A stretch of DNA of 48,773 nucleotides from Candidatus Heimdallarchaeota archaeon (GTDB lineage Archaea > Asgardarchaeota > Heimdallarchaeia > Heimdallarchaeales > Kariarchaeaceae): positions 1-48,773 of the forward strand of contig WAKA01000177.1 in the NCBI GenBank assembly GCA_015523565.1. Reading direction: 5' to 3'. Below, one piece after another: positions 18,014-26,410 of this stretch. The notes beneath the pieces were generated by a model that saw only the letters and a program-made list of their open reading frames with translations, made no database searches and was not told where the DNA came from. A program made the position numbers and the translations under genes. Each line of letters starts with the position of its first letter. Position 1 is the first letter of the stretch.

Positions 18014-19846
18014 ATGCCAATGGTTCTACTGAGTATCAATAGGGAACGAATCCCAGAATTTGAGGAATTGATTGATGAAGCTTATGAAATGATCCAGAAT
18101 ATAGATGATCTTTCCCGTGCAATTGATTTCAGCGAACCAAACACCCCTAAACTTATGGTTCTCAAAAACAGGCTAAAAGATCTTCAAGAATTGATCTCTA
18201 ACATTGGTCATTATCAAGATGTCGACGCGGCAAAAAAGCATGAAAAAATCATGGATATCCAAAATGACCTATTGTTGCTCACCAACCGGATTTTTGGTTT
18301 CAATGAAGAGATTGACATGACATTGTCAATAATTACCAATTTCTTGCTCAACCATCTTTGCTCCACTGCCGCGGCAACACCTCACTCACAAGTCATTGGC
18401 ATCGCAAATGTCCTTGCGCAAGTTTTGTCAAGGGAGCACATAAATTCTGAGATCTCATATGAAATCCCAAAAGATATTACACAATCAATGTATTTTTCCC
18501 GCTTTTCCTTAATTTTCAATTATTTAATAACTAATGCTGGACTTTACGCAGCTCCAATTATCGGATTGCCGCATATCTCCATTTCCGCTTTGGGTGGATG
18601 GGCTGAAACTGCTTTGGAGCACTTCTCCCAATTGTTCCATTTCATTGAAAGTTATTTTTCCATAGAAAAATTCATTGGATTTGACAAGATGTTTGATTCA
18701 ATTGTGCAATTTGACACTACCAAGGATGTCCTTTCTTCTTTTCTTTATATGAATGAATTTTATGCATCCTTGGCATCTCTTGCAGACCTGCTAAGCGGCT
18801 TGAAATTTCCTGCAAACCTTGCAGGTCAAGAGAATGATGTGGTGTTTAGTTCTAAAGAACATATTACACGGACTCTCTGTTCGTCAATTAAAAGAAATTA
18901 TTCAATTATCCTGAAATATATCGACCAAATCAAGAAAATGTTCAATGAGGGGGCAATCAATAAAAATGAAAATCCATTTACTGACGAGGATCTAATCCGA
19001 ATTGAAAATGAAGCATACTTGTGGAGTTTAATTGGGGAAATGGGGGAACACCTCATTGAAATTTTAAACTTGCAGGCAAAATTCTACAGTGAAGAGAATA
19101 TCCTGCAAAACAATTTCTATGAGTTCATTAGGGACAACACAAATGATATTTACAATGAATTAAACATTCTTTTCAATAAGATTGACCAAGAGTTTTCATC
19201 TCTTATGGAAGGGTCATTGGAAGATCCAAGTATTGCCTCATCTTCAAGGTTTGTACAATACAGGCATTTCTTCCAATACATGCTTTATGTTGCTTCTGCC
19301 CTTTGGGTATATTTCAAAGACAGCCTGCCCATCAATATGGTCAATGAAAAATATTATTTCTTGTTTCAGATACCCAACATTGAGAAAAATCCAATTGGAA
19401 ATATAATTCTCGCTCAACTCAAGGGATTTATGGGCATAGACAGCAACGATTACTCCTTAATTAACCAATCAATCATTATGTTCAACCAAGTATTGCCTGT
19501 CGTTGAATTTCAGTCCCATCATTATATTCATTCTACAATTACTCGCGAGCTATTTCAGAGCATCATCGACAATTTGTCAAATATCGAAATTGCACAACGG
19601 CTGCGAGCCACTGTTGAAACCTTTTTGGACGGAAATTTCATCGGTTCGGACAGCAAACTATTCCAAAAACTGATCGTATATAACGGAATGCTGGAAATTT
19701 ATGAGGAAAGTGGTGTATTCATGGTCAACCCAGGAGAACGGTTGATCCCTTTTGATATATTCACTTGGCTGTTAACCCCTGGTATTCAATACAAAATCCC
19801 ATTCATTCCGTTTAACACCGCTCTCGACAATTTGGATGAAGGATGA
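18014..19846 (+). CDS. Hypothetical, predominantly alpha-helical protein
   Basis: 610-aa ORF with amphipathic helical pattern; no motif recognised. Confidence 0.7.
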   Translation: MPMVLLSINRERIPEFEELIDEAYEMIQNIDDLSRAIDFSEPNTPKLMVLKNRLKDLQELISNIGHYQDVDAAKKHEKIMDIQNDLLLLTNRIFGFNEEIDMTLSIITNFLLNHLCSTAAATPHSQVIGIANVLAQVLSREHINSEISYEIPKDITQSMYFSRFSLIFNYLITNAGLYAAPIIGLPHISISALGGWAETALEHFSQLFHFIESYFSIEKFIGFDKMFDSIVQFDTTKDVLSSFLYMNEFYASLASLADLLSGLKFPANLAGQENDVVFSSKEHITRTLCSSIKRNYSIILKYIDQIKKMFNEGAINKNENPFTDEDLIRIENEAYLWSLIGEMGEHLIEILNLQAKFYSEENILQNNFYEFIRDNTNDIYNELNILFNKIDQEFSSLMEGSLEDPSIASSSRFVQYRHFFQYMLYVASALWVYFKDSLPINMVNEKYYFLFQIPNIEKNPIGNIILAQLKGFMGIDSNDYSLINQSIIMFNQVLPVVEFQSHHYIHSTITRELFQSIIDNLSNIEIAQRLRATVETFLDGNFIGSDSKLFQKLIVYNGMLEIYEESGVFMVNPGERLIPFDIFTWLLTPGIQYKIPFIPFNTALDNLDEG

Positions 19847-19913
19847 TGTTTTTTTCACAATGCTAATACCTAAGGTTAAAAAGGAGTTTTGCAACTATAC
19901 ATATTAGGGACTT

Positions 19914-20675
19914 ATGTCAAATTTTGAAAAAAAATCAGAAAGCTTGATTTCAGGGTTAATTGTTGTGGTAGTTAAGGAAATGGGTCCTGAAGTCGTATGT
20001 AACATTTCTCCAATTAATGACGACTTGGCTTTCATCACTTCCGCCCATCTGTTTTCATTGGCTGGTCTAATGGAAAATCAAGAAAAAGATGAACGAGAAG
20101 TTATTGGACCTATCCCCGTTAAAAACACTCCGGGTATCAGGGCACTTTTCTTCTTGACTAATGTAAATCATCCAAATTCAGACGACCAAAGGCTGGCTGA
20201 CCATGGTGCACAATTGGGGATAATTCTTTTGTTCAAGGAGGATCGGCTTCCAGAAATCAGAAGGGCAATAGGTCTAATAGAACCTTATCTCAAGTCTTAC
20301 TTTAATAGGTATGATAATTTTAGTGTTGAGGATATAGATTTGCTATTTGGAAACAAGTTATTTGACCATATTGTTGAATTGGTCTCAAAACCACGGACAA
20401 GGGCATTTTGGTATCAACCCCCCAATAAACTCATTGAATACAAAGACCCCTTTTACATAGACAAATCCAAAGACATAATCATTGTTGATGAATATGAAAA
20501 ACAGGCTTATATCTTGACCTCTCCAACCACCTCACCTTTTGAAGCCCGAAAATTAAACAATACCGTGAATGAGATGAACTTCGAACTTTACCGGGGTGCC
20601 TTGGGCATCCAAAAAATGGATGACTTTATGGAAATAGAGCCTATCTTGATAAAATATGGAATTAAGACTTATTAG
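19914..20675 (+). CDS. Longin/uDENN-like domain fused to putative gelsolin-like domain
   Basis: N-half: LIVVVVKEMGPE...VIGPIPV...RALFF...DQR...GIILLF, homologous to the C-terminus of 42908..44188. C-half pattern RAFWY...DIIIVDE..KQAYI...SPFEARK...YRG..IQKMDD..EIE resembles a gelsolin repeat. Confidence 0.55.
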   Translation: MSNFEKKSESLISGLIVVVVKEMGPEVVCNISPINDDLAFITSAHLFSLAGLMENQEKDEREVIGPIPVKNTPGIRALFFLTNVNHPNSDDQRLADHGAQLGIILLFKEDRLPEIRRAIGLIEPYLKSYFNRYDNFSVEDIDLLFGNKLFDHIVELVSKPRTRAFWYQPPNKLIEYKDPFYIDKSKDIIIVDEYEKQAYILTSPTTSPFEARKLNNTVNEMNFELYRGALGIQKMDDFMEIEPILIKYGIKTY

Positions 20676-21628
20676 GGATTTCCTGCAAGAATTTTCCCTG
20701 CCCATTCGTCAATTGTCGATAATATGTCTCCTTTCCCCACTTTTTGAGATTTTATGGCTTCTGAAAGTTTGCGTATGGCAAAGAAGACTGTTGTTGCAGG
20801 AACTTCTCTTTGTTGCAACTCATCCCGGAATTCTGCTAAATATGCTGGTATCTTTTCTATCCTCTCTGCTTTAACTAAATTCTTCAATGTTTCAAACATT
20901 TCTGGAAGTGACAGGTCTGACCAAATTACCTCATTTGAGCTTATGATTATCTTTGAATCAATCATGACCTCTTGATCTTCTTCTTTGAGATATCCCTTTC
21001 TTACCAATTGTGAAAGATGAAATTCAAATTGCGGTACATTGGATTTTTCCCTTAACTTGTCTTTTGGTCCCTTTCCCCCGTATTTTATCAAGGTAGCTAA
21101 TATTTTGGTCTCTGGATCCCCATAAATGGTCAAGGATTCCACAAATTCAATAAATGCATTTGTATATCTCTCATCATCACTTTCAATTTCTCGCATCAAC
21201 AGTTTTTGTGTAGCTGAGGCAAGGCTTTCTGGAAGTCTCTGGCTGATGCTACTTGTTGGATTGCTTCGTTGAAGTTCACTAATCCTGTTCATTAGATCCT
21301 CATTTTCTTTCTTTAATCTATCGAGCTTTTGTTGTAAATTCCTGACAATTTCTGGATCTATTGCTTCACTATCCCTTACTTGAACTTTAGCTCCTGTTTC
21401 CAAAATCTGTATTTCTCTTTCCTTTTCCTCCAAAACATTGGCAAAATACAGATTTTCTTCCTCTAGTTCTTTTTTTGCCTTTATGAGCTTATTAAGGGCA
21501 TCTTCATATTCCTTGATAAGTTCGTTTAACTCAAAGATCCTTGCCTGCAATCCTTGATTGTGCTTCATGGCTTGTTCATATTTCGCTTTCCATGCATATT
21601 TCGTATCTGAATTTTCATTGCCAAACAT
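20672..21628 (-). CDS. Coiled-coil protein with central winged-helix domain
   Basis: About 110-aa heptad-rich N-terminus; KILATLIKYGG...KLREK...FEFHLSQLVRKGYLKEE wHTH-like; small helical C-terminal domain. Confidence 0.65.
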   Translation of the reverse strand: MFGNENSDTKYAWKAKYEQAMKHNQGLQARIFELNELIKEYEDALNKLIKAKKELEEENLYFANVLEEKEREIQILETGAKVQVRDSEAIDPEIVRNLQQKLDRLKKENEDLMNRISELQRSNPTSSISQRLPESLASATQKLLMREIESDDERYTNAFIEFVESLTIYGDPETKILATLIKYGGKGPKDKLREKSNVPQFEFHLSQLVRKGYLKEEDQEVMIDSKIIISSNEVIWSDLSLPEMFETLKNLVKAERIEKIPAYLAEFRDELQQREVPATTVFFAIRKLSEAIKSQKVGKGDILSTIDEWAGKILAGNP

Positions 21629-21908
21629 TGATCAATTAATATTGGGATTACATTGTTTAAGGGTTTCTACTGATAAAAGTTTCAATCAATGGTATTCTGA
21701 AGGAAAATATGACTTGTTTGCTGTGAAATTTTTGGAAAATCCAATTATAAATTCTTTTTCTGCAAATGCAATTGGCATATGGTTAACTGTTAAGTTGTAA
21801 ATTCGGTTACATTATTTTCAATTTTCAGTCGAATCTTCAAAATCTGCATAATGGATTTATAGATATAATGGGGATGCATTTAATTAACAATAAAAAAAGG
21901 GTTTTTCC

Positions 21909-22661
21909 TTAGGTATTTTTCAAGAGTGTTTCTAGTTTTTGGCAGAATTCTCCAAATATTTCTGTTGTTTTTTCTTTTTGTGTTGGGTTTATGACTGCCT
22001 GACCTAAAATAAAAAATTCTGTATTATTCAGTCGGTTAATCAGTAAAATTTCTTTTGCAAGTTCATTGTTCAATTGGAAAATTGATGATTCTCCAACCCA
22101 TGTCCTATCAATCGGCAATTGCGATAGAATTTCCATCAAAAGCATGACCTTATCTTCATTCCCTAAATAAACGTGAATTATCCCGTCATCTAGATCAGTG
22201 AGTAACAAAGTTTCAAATTCTATTCCATCATATGTCAACAATTTGTCTATATAGCTGAAAGTTTTTGGCAACAGCTCTTCTGGAAATTGATATGTGTCCA
22301 AAATCCTTTTAATATGTTTCTCCACTTCTTCAGATGGTGACCAATCGAACAAGGTTTCTATTGTAATTTCTTTACCCAAAAAATCCATTACGTTTGACAG
22401 TTTCTTTGAAATTAACTCTTGATTGTCAAAAATGTCACTGAATGCAATGTATTGAACACCATTCTTGCTTGAGACTGTTATTCTTAATGAGCCAATGTCC
22501 GCTCCCCTGAAATCAAGATCAGAAGAAAGAGTTCCTGTAAAAAGAAGTAATGCCCCAACAAGACCAGAAAGCAACGATGGATCCACCTTTATGGTCTTAT
22601 CATCGTACAAATCAAAACCTAATCCCGAATCTTTATCCATAACCAAAATTTTATGGATCAT
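21909..22661 (-). CDS. Tandem longin/roadblock-like domain protein (putative small-GTPase regulator)
   Basis: From ATG 22661: MIHKILVMDKDSGL...DPSLLSGLVGALLLF...YIAFSD.FD..ELI.KKL is a longin pattern; a second alpha/beta unit follows (ETLLLTDLDDGII...FFILGQA...FGEFCQKLETLL). The ORF-track extension to 22763 looks like intergenic DNA. Confidence 0.65.
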   Translation of the reverse strand: MIHKILVMDKDSGLGFDLYDDKTIKVDPSLLSGLVGALLLFTGTLSSDLDFRGADIGSLRITVSSKNGVQYIAFSDIFDNQELISKKLSNVMDFLGKEITIETLFDWSPSEEVEKHIKRILDTYQFPEELLPKTFSYIDKLLTYDGIEFETLLLTDLDDGIIHVYLGNEDKVMLLMEILSQLPIDRTWVGESSIFQLNNELAKEILLINRLNNTEFFILGQAVINPTQKEKTTEIFGEFCQKLETLLKNT

Positions 22662-22837
22662 CTTGAATTGTTTTGTTTTTTTCCTTAATAAACTAGCCGA
22701 AAGAATAATCCCCACGACAAATTTAATATAAAAATTAAATTGAAAATAAAATGAAAAATTCATCTCTCTCGGTAATTTTGACCTCTCTGGAAATCACTTA
22801 AACAAGCTTTTTTAATTATAAATCCATTAAAAATTCG

Positions 22838-23821
22838 TTGAATAACACTATTCATGGCTCCGAATGGGAAGACTATCTTGATAGTCTGTATGATTGGGTT
22901 AATTCAAGATTGACAGCCTACCAAGAAGGAGAAATTTCTAAAGAGGAATATTACAAGGATTATGATTATTTTAAAATGGAACTGAAAAGGGTTTATTCGA
23001 TTATAGAGGATGAAAGAAAAAGAAGAGAAAAAAATCCTACGGAAAAAATTGAACCACAGGTGATTAAACCAGATCTGATATTCCAGTATTTTTATGGAGA
23101 GGAAAAGAAAGAAATTATTGAAGAGGACAGCAAGGAAACTATTTCTGAAATCCCTGAAGAATCCATTCAGGCACAGGAAAAAATTGTGGAAAGCCAATCT
23201 CAAAAACCACTCTTTGAGGCTATTAAAAAAGTACAATCCAAGAAAAAGCATACCCCAACAAATCAGAATTATACCCAAATCCAAATTGTTTTGCTAGGCG
23301 AAAGTGCTGTTGGTAGAACATCTTTAAGGAGAGCTTTCTTGGGAAAACATTTCATCAATGAACACTTAAGTACTGTTGGCGCTGCTATGGAGGATAAAAT
23401 CATAACTGTAGAAAACGAACATTTCAAGATTACTCTGGTGGATCTGGGAGGACAAGATTTTTATGCGCCTGTCCGTGCCAATTTCTACAAAAAAGCCAAT
23501 GGGGCTCTTCTTGTGTTTGATTTAAGCAGAAAAAACACGTTCATTAAATTGGATTCTTGGTTGAGAGAATTCTTTATGCATACAAAACGCGGTCTCCCAT
23601 TCATCATTGTTGGAAACAAATCAGATCTAAAAAGGGCAGTGAAGAGAGAAGAGGGGATACAACTTGCCGAAAGCTTGAGTAGGCAGACAATGCATGCAGG
23701 ATTTGAAGTGAAATATTTTGAGACATCCGCAAAAGAGAGAATAAATGTTGATGAGGTATTTCTTGAACTAATCAGACAAATCAAGCATTTTAATCATGGG
23801 AAAAAACAAATGTCAAATTAG
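22838..23821 (+). CDS. Rab-like small GTPase with about 145-aa charged N-terminal extension and atypical P-loop
   Basis: G1 GESAVGRTS, G2 STVG, G3 DLGGQ, G4 NKSD, G5 ETSAK; no C-terminal Cys. TTG start uncertain. Confidence 0.9.
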   Translation: MNNTIHGSEWEDYLDSLYDWVNSRLTAYQEGEISKEEYYKDYDYFKMELKRVYSIIEDERKRREKNPTEKIEPQVIKPDLIFQYFYGEEKKEIIEEDSKETISEIPEESIQAQEKIVESQSQKPLFEAIKKVQSKKKHTPTNQNYTQIQIVLLGESAVGRTSLRRAFLGKHFINEHLSTVGAAMEDKIITVENEHFKITLVDLGGQDFYAPVRANFYKKANGALLVFDLSRKNTFIKLDSWLREFFMHTKRGLPFIIVGNKSDLKRAVKREEGIQLAESLSRQTMHAGFEVKYFETSAKERINVDEVFLELIRQIKHFNHGKKQMSN

Positions 23822-23891
23822 AATAAAAATAAGAAAGAAATTCAAAATTTTTGGAGACAACAAATAAATTATATGATTTCTTTGAGAACAT

Positions 23892-24989
23892 ATGTCTGCT
23901 CCTGAGTTTACTTTCATCAATGCAATGTTGTTTGCCTCCAAATTTTTTACCGTCTTGCTCCCCACCTATCTAATTATTCGATTTTTAATGCCACGTATCC
24001 CCAAACTTGGAAAAATTCCTGTATTGAAAACAATGATGCTTCCATCTGACTTGTCAAAAAGGATTTTCTTTGTTTTCTCATTTTCCATGTTTGCAGTCAT
24101 TGTTGTTTTGTTTGCTGTGATTTTGCCTAGTTCCAATACAATTGACGATTGGACACTTGCAGTCACTCTCACTGTGACAATCATAGTAGTAACATTGTTC
24201 CTTTCAGGCGGTTTCGAACGTTCTGTCTCTCAGCCACTTAGGTCTGTTGCATTGCAATCAGCCGAATTTGCAGACAAAAATCTAGCTGCAAAAGTGAAAT
24301 TGTCTGATAGTGGTTTTGGAGAAGCTAGAAAACTGGTTAATGCCAATCGCCAATTAGCTAATGTGTTTCGTACACTAATCACTAACATGAAAGACACCAC
24401 CAATAGACTTGCAGAATCTGCTGAAGAATTGGCCGCTGGTTCCGAGGAAGTTGCCGCGACTACTGAGGAAGTGACCAGCACCATTCAGAACATCGCGGAA
24501 GGTGCCGCCGAACAAGTACGCCAAATCAATCAGATTTCTGAAATCATTAAAGAAATAGAAAACATTATTGAAATCTCTATTTCTGAAATTGCATCCACAT
24601 CAAGCATAACAAAGGATCTTGCAGAGCAGACAAATCTCATTTCCCTCAATGCCGCCATAGAAGCTGCAAGGGCAGGAGCAAGCGGACAAGGATTTGGTGT
24701 GGTGGCTGACCAAGTCAGAAAACTGTCAATTGAATCAAAAAATGCATCTGCATCCATTGAAAATACAATCACTGAAATTGGTGAAAATATAAAGGAATCT
24801 GTGGCTCGCATTGCACACGCAGTTAATACCATTCAAGGAGTGGCAGAAAACACTGCGGCATCATCTGAGGAAGCCGCGGCAGCAGCGGAAGAACAGGCGG
24901 CATCACTTCAAGAGATAACAGAGCATGCTCAAAAATTGTCGGAGCTGGCAGATAAGTCACAGGCTATAATCAATGAATGGAAAATTTGA
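23892..24989 (+). CDS. Methyl-accepting chemotaxis protein lacking an extracellular sensor domain (about 3 TM, HAMP, short signalling domain)
   Basis: Three hydrophobic segments, HAMP-like region, tip QTNLISLNAAIEAARAGASGQGFGVVADQVRKLS, multiple AEE/SEE/EEQ methylation-type sites. Confidence 0.93.
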   Translation: MSAPEFTFINAMLFASKFFTVLLPTYLIIRFLMPRIPKLGKIPVLKTMMLPSDLSKRIFFVFSFSMFAVIVVLFAVILPSSNTIDDWTLAVTLTVTIIVVTLFLSGGFERSVSQPLRSVALQSAEFADKNLAAKVKLSDSGFGEARKLVNANRQLANVFRTLITNMKDTTNRLAESAEELAAGSEEVAATTEEVTSTIQNIAEGAAEQVRQINQISEIIKEIENIIEISISEIASTSSITKDLAEQTNLISLNAAIEAARAGASGQGFGVVADQVRKLSIESKNASASIENTITEIGENIKESVARIAHAVNTIQGVAENTAASSEEAAAAAEEQAASLQEITEHAQKLSELADKSQAIINEWKI

Positions 24990-25045
24990 TTGAATTTGCG
25001 GGATTTGATTGTAACATTTTTTTACTATAAGGTTACTTTTTATCC

Positions 25046-26305
25046 ATGAGTGCAATAATAAAGAAAGTTTTTGCGCGAGAAGTGCTGGATTCAAGAGGCA
25101 ATCCCACAGTTGAGTGCGAAGTCCACACTGACTCCACTTTTGGGAAATTCATAGTTCCATCTGGTGCATCAACTGGTCAGTTTGAAGCTGTTGAACTTCG
25201 TGATGGAGACCCGAAACGCTTCCATGGAAAAGGCGTATTGAAAGCCGTTTCAAATGTAAATGAAATAATCAGTCAGAAAATTGTGGGAATGGACGTTACT
25301 GACCAAGAAGGAATTGACAAGGTTCTGATTGAACTTGACGGTACACCTAACAAGGGAAAACTTGGTGCAAATGCCATTTTGAGCGTTTCAGCCGCTTCTG
25401 CAAGAGCCGCCGCAAAAGTGAAGGGTCAACATCTCTTTGAATATCTTGGTAACAGTAAACGACTGCCCACTCCTCTTTTGAATGTCATTAATGGAGGAAA
25501 GCATGCAGGTGGAAAATTGGCAATCCAGGAGTTCATGATTGTTCCAAAAGGCTTTGAAACATTCAGGGAGGCATTGCGTGCCTCTTCTGAAGTATATCAT
25601 TCGCTGAAAAAATACTTGAAGACCAAATATGGCTCTTCCTCAATTAATGTGGGCGATGAAGGAGGCTTTGCACCCCAAATAGATTTTGCAAAGGATGCTT
25701 TGTCTGCTTTAACAGAAGCCATAAACAATGCAGGATACGAGGTTGGGGAGCACTTTTTCTTTGCAATAGATTCTGCCGCATCTGAATTCTATGAAAATGG
25801 AAAATATTTCGTAGATGAAAAATATATGGATGCAGATGAACTGTTGAACTACTATCTTGAACTTATTGATGATTTCCCTGCATTGATTTCCATTGAGGAT
25901 CCTTTCGATGAAAATGATTTCGAAGCTTTCTCTAAAATGGTCAAAAAAGTAGGAAGTACAAAAGCCATTGTTGGTGATGACCTGACAGTTACCAATGTTG
26001 AACGAATTCAAAAGGCTATCGATATGCAGTCCATGAATTATTTACTATTGAAAATCAATCAAATAGGGACATTGACTGAAGCCAAAAATGCTTTTAACCT
26101 TACAAAATCCCAAAATTGGGGAGTTGTCATCTCTCATAGGTCGGGTGAAACGGAAGACCCATTCATTGCAGATTTGTCAGTTGGATGGGGTGCAGAAAGA
26201 ATTAAAACAGGGGCTCCTGCAAGGACTGAAAGAGTTGCTAAATACAATCAATTGCTGAGAATTGAAGAATTGCTCGGAGAGGAGGCAAAATATTATAATC
26301 AATAA
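25046..26305 (+). CDS. eno: Enolase
   Basis: AREVLDSRGNPTVE, VPSGASTG, VGDEGGFAP, SIEDPF, GDDL, LLKINQIGTLTE, SHRSGETED, RTERVAKYNQLLRIEE. Confidence 0.98.
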   Translation: MSAIIKKVFAREVLDSRGNPTVECEVHTDSTFGKFIVPSGASTGQFEAVELRDGDPKRFHGKGVLKAVSNVNEIISQKIVGMDVTDQEGIDKVLIELDGTPNKGKLGANAILSVSAASARAAAKVKGQHLFEYLGNSKRLPTPLLNVINGGKHAGGKLAIQEFMIVPKGFETFREALRASSEVYHSLKKYLKTKYGSSSINVGDEGGFAPQIDFAKDALSALTEAINNAGYEVGEHFFFAIDSAASEFYENGKYFVDEKYMDADELLNYYLELIDDFPALISIEDPFDENDFEAFSKMVKKVGSTKAIVGDDLTVTNVERIQKAIDMQSMNYLLLKINQIGTLTEAKNAFNLTKSQNWGVVISHRSGETEDPFIADLSVGWGAERIKTGAPARTERVAKYNQLLRIEELLGEEAKYYNQ

Positions 26306-26410
26306 ATTTTAAATCAATAAATTTTATCTGCATCAAGCATAATTAAAAAAACTATTCCTTTTGTTTATATATCTGGAAATTCAGAACAAAATTCAGTTAA
26401 GTGTGGTCGA

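Noticed and set aside
21629-21908. 280-nt intergenic gap as ncRNA or small gene
   Set aside because: AT-rich, with no convincing stem structure, tRNA fold or RBS-led ORF seen.
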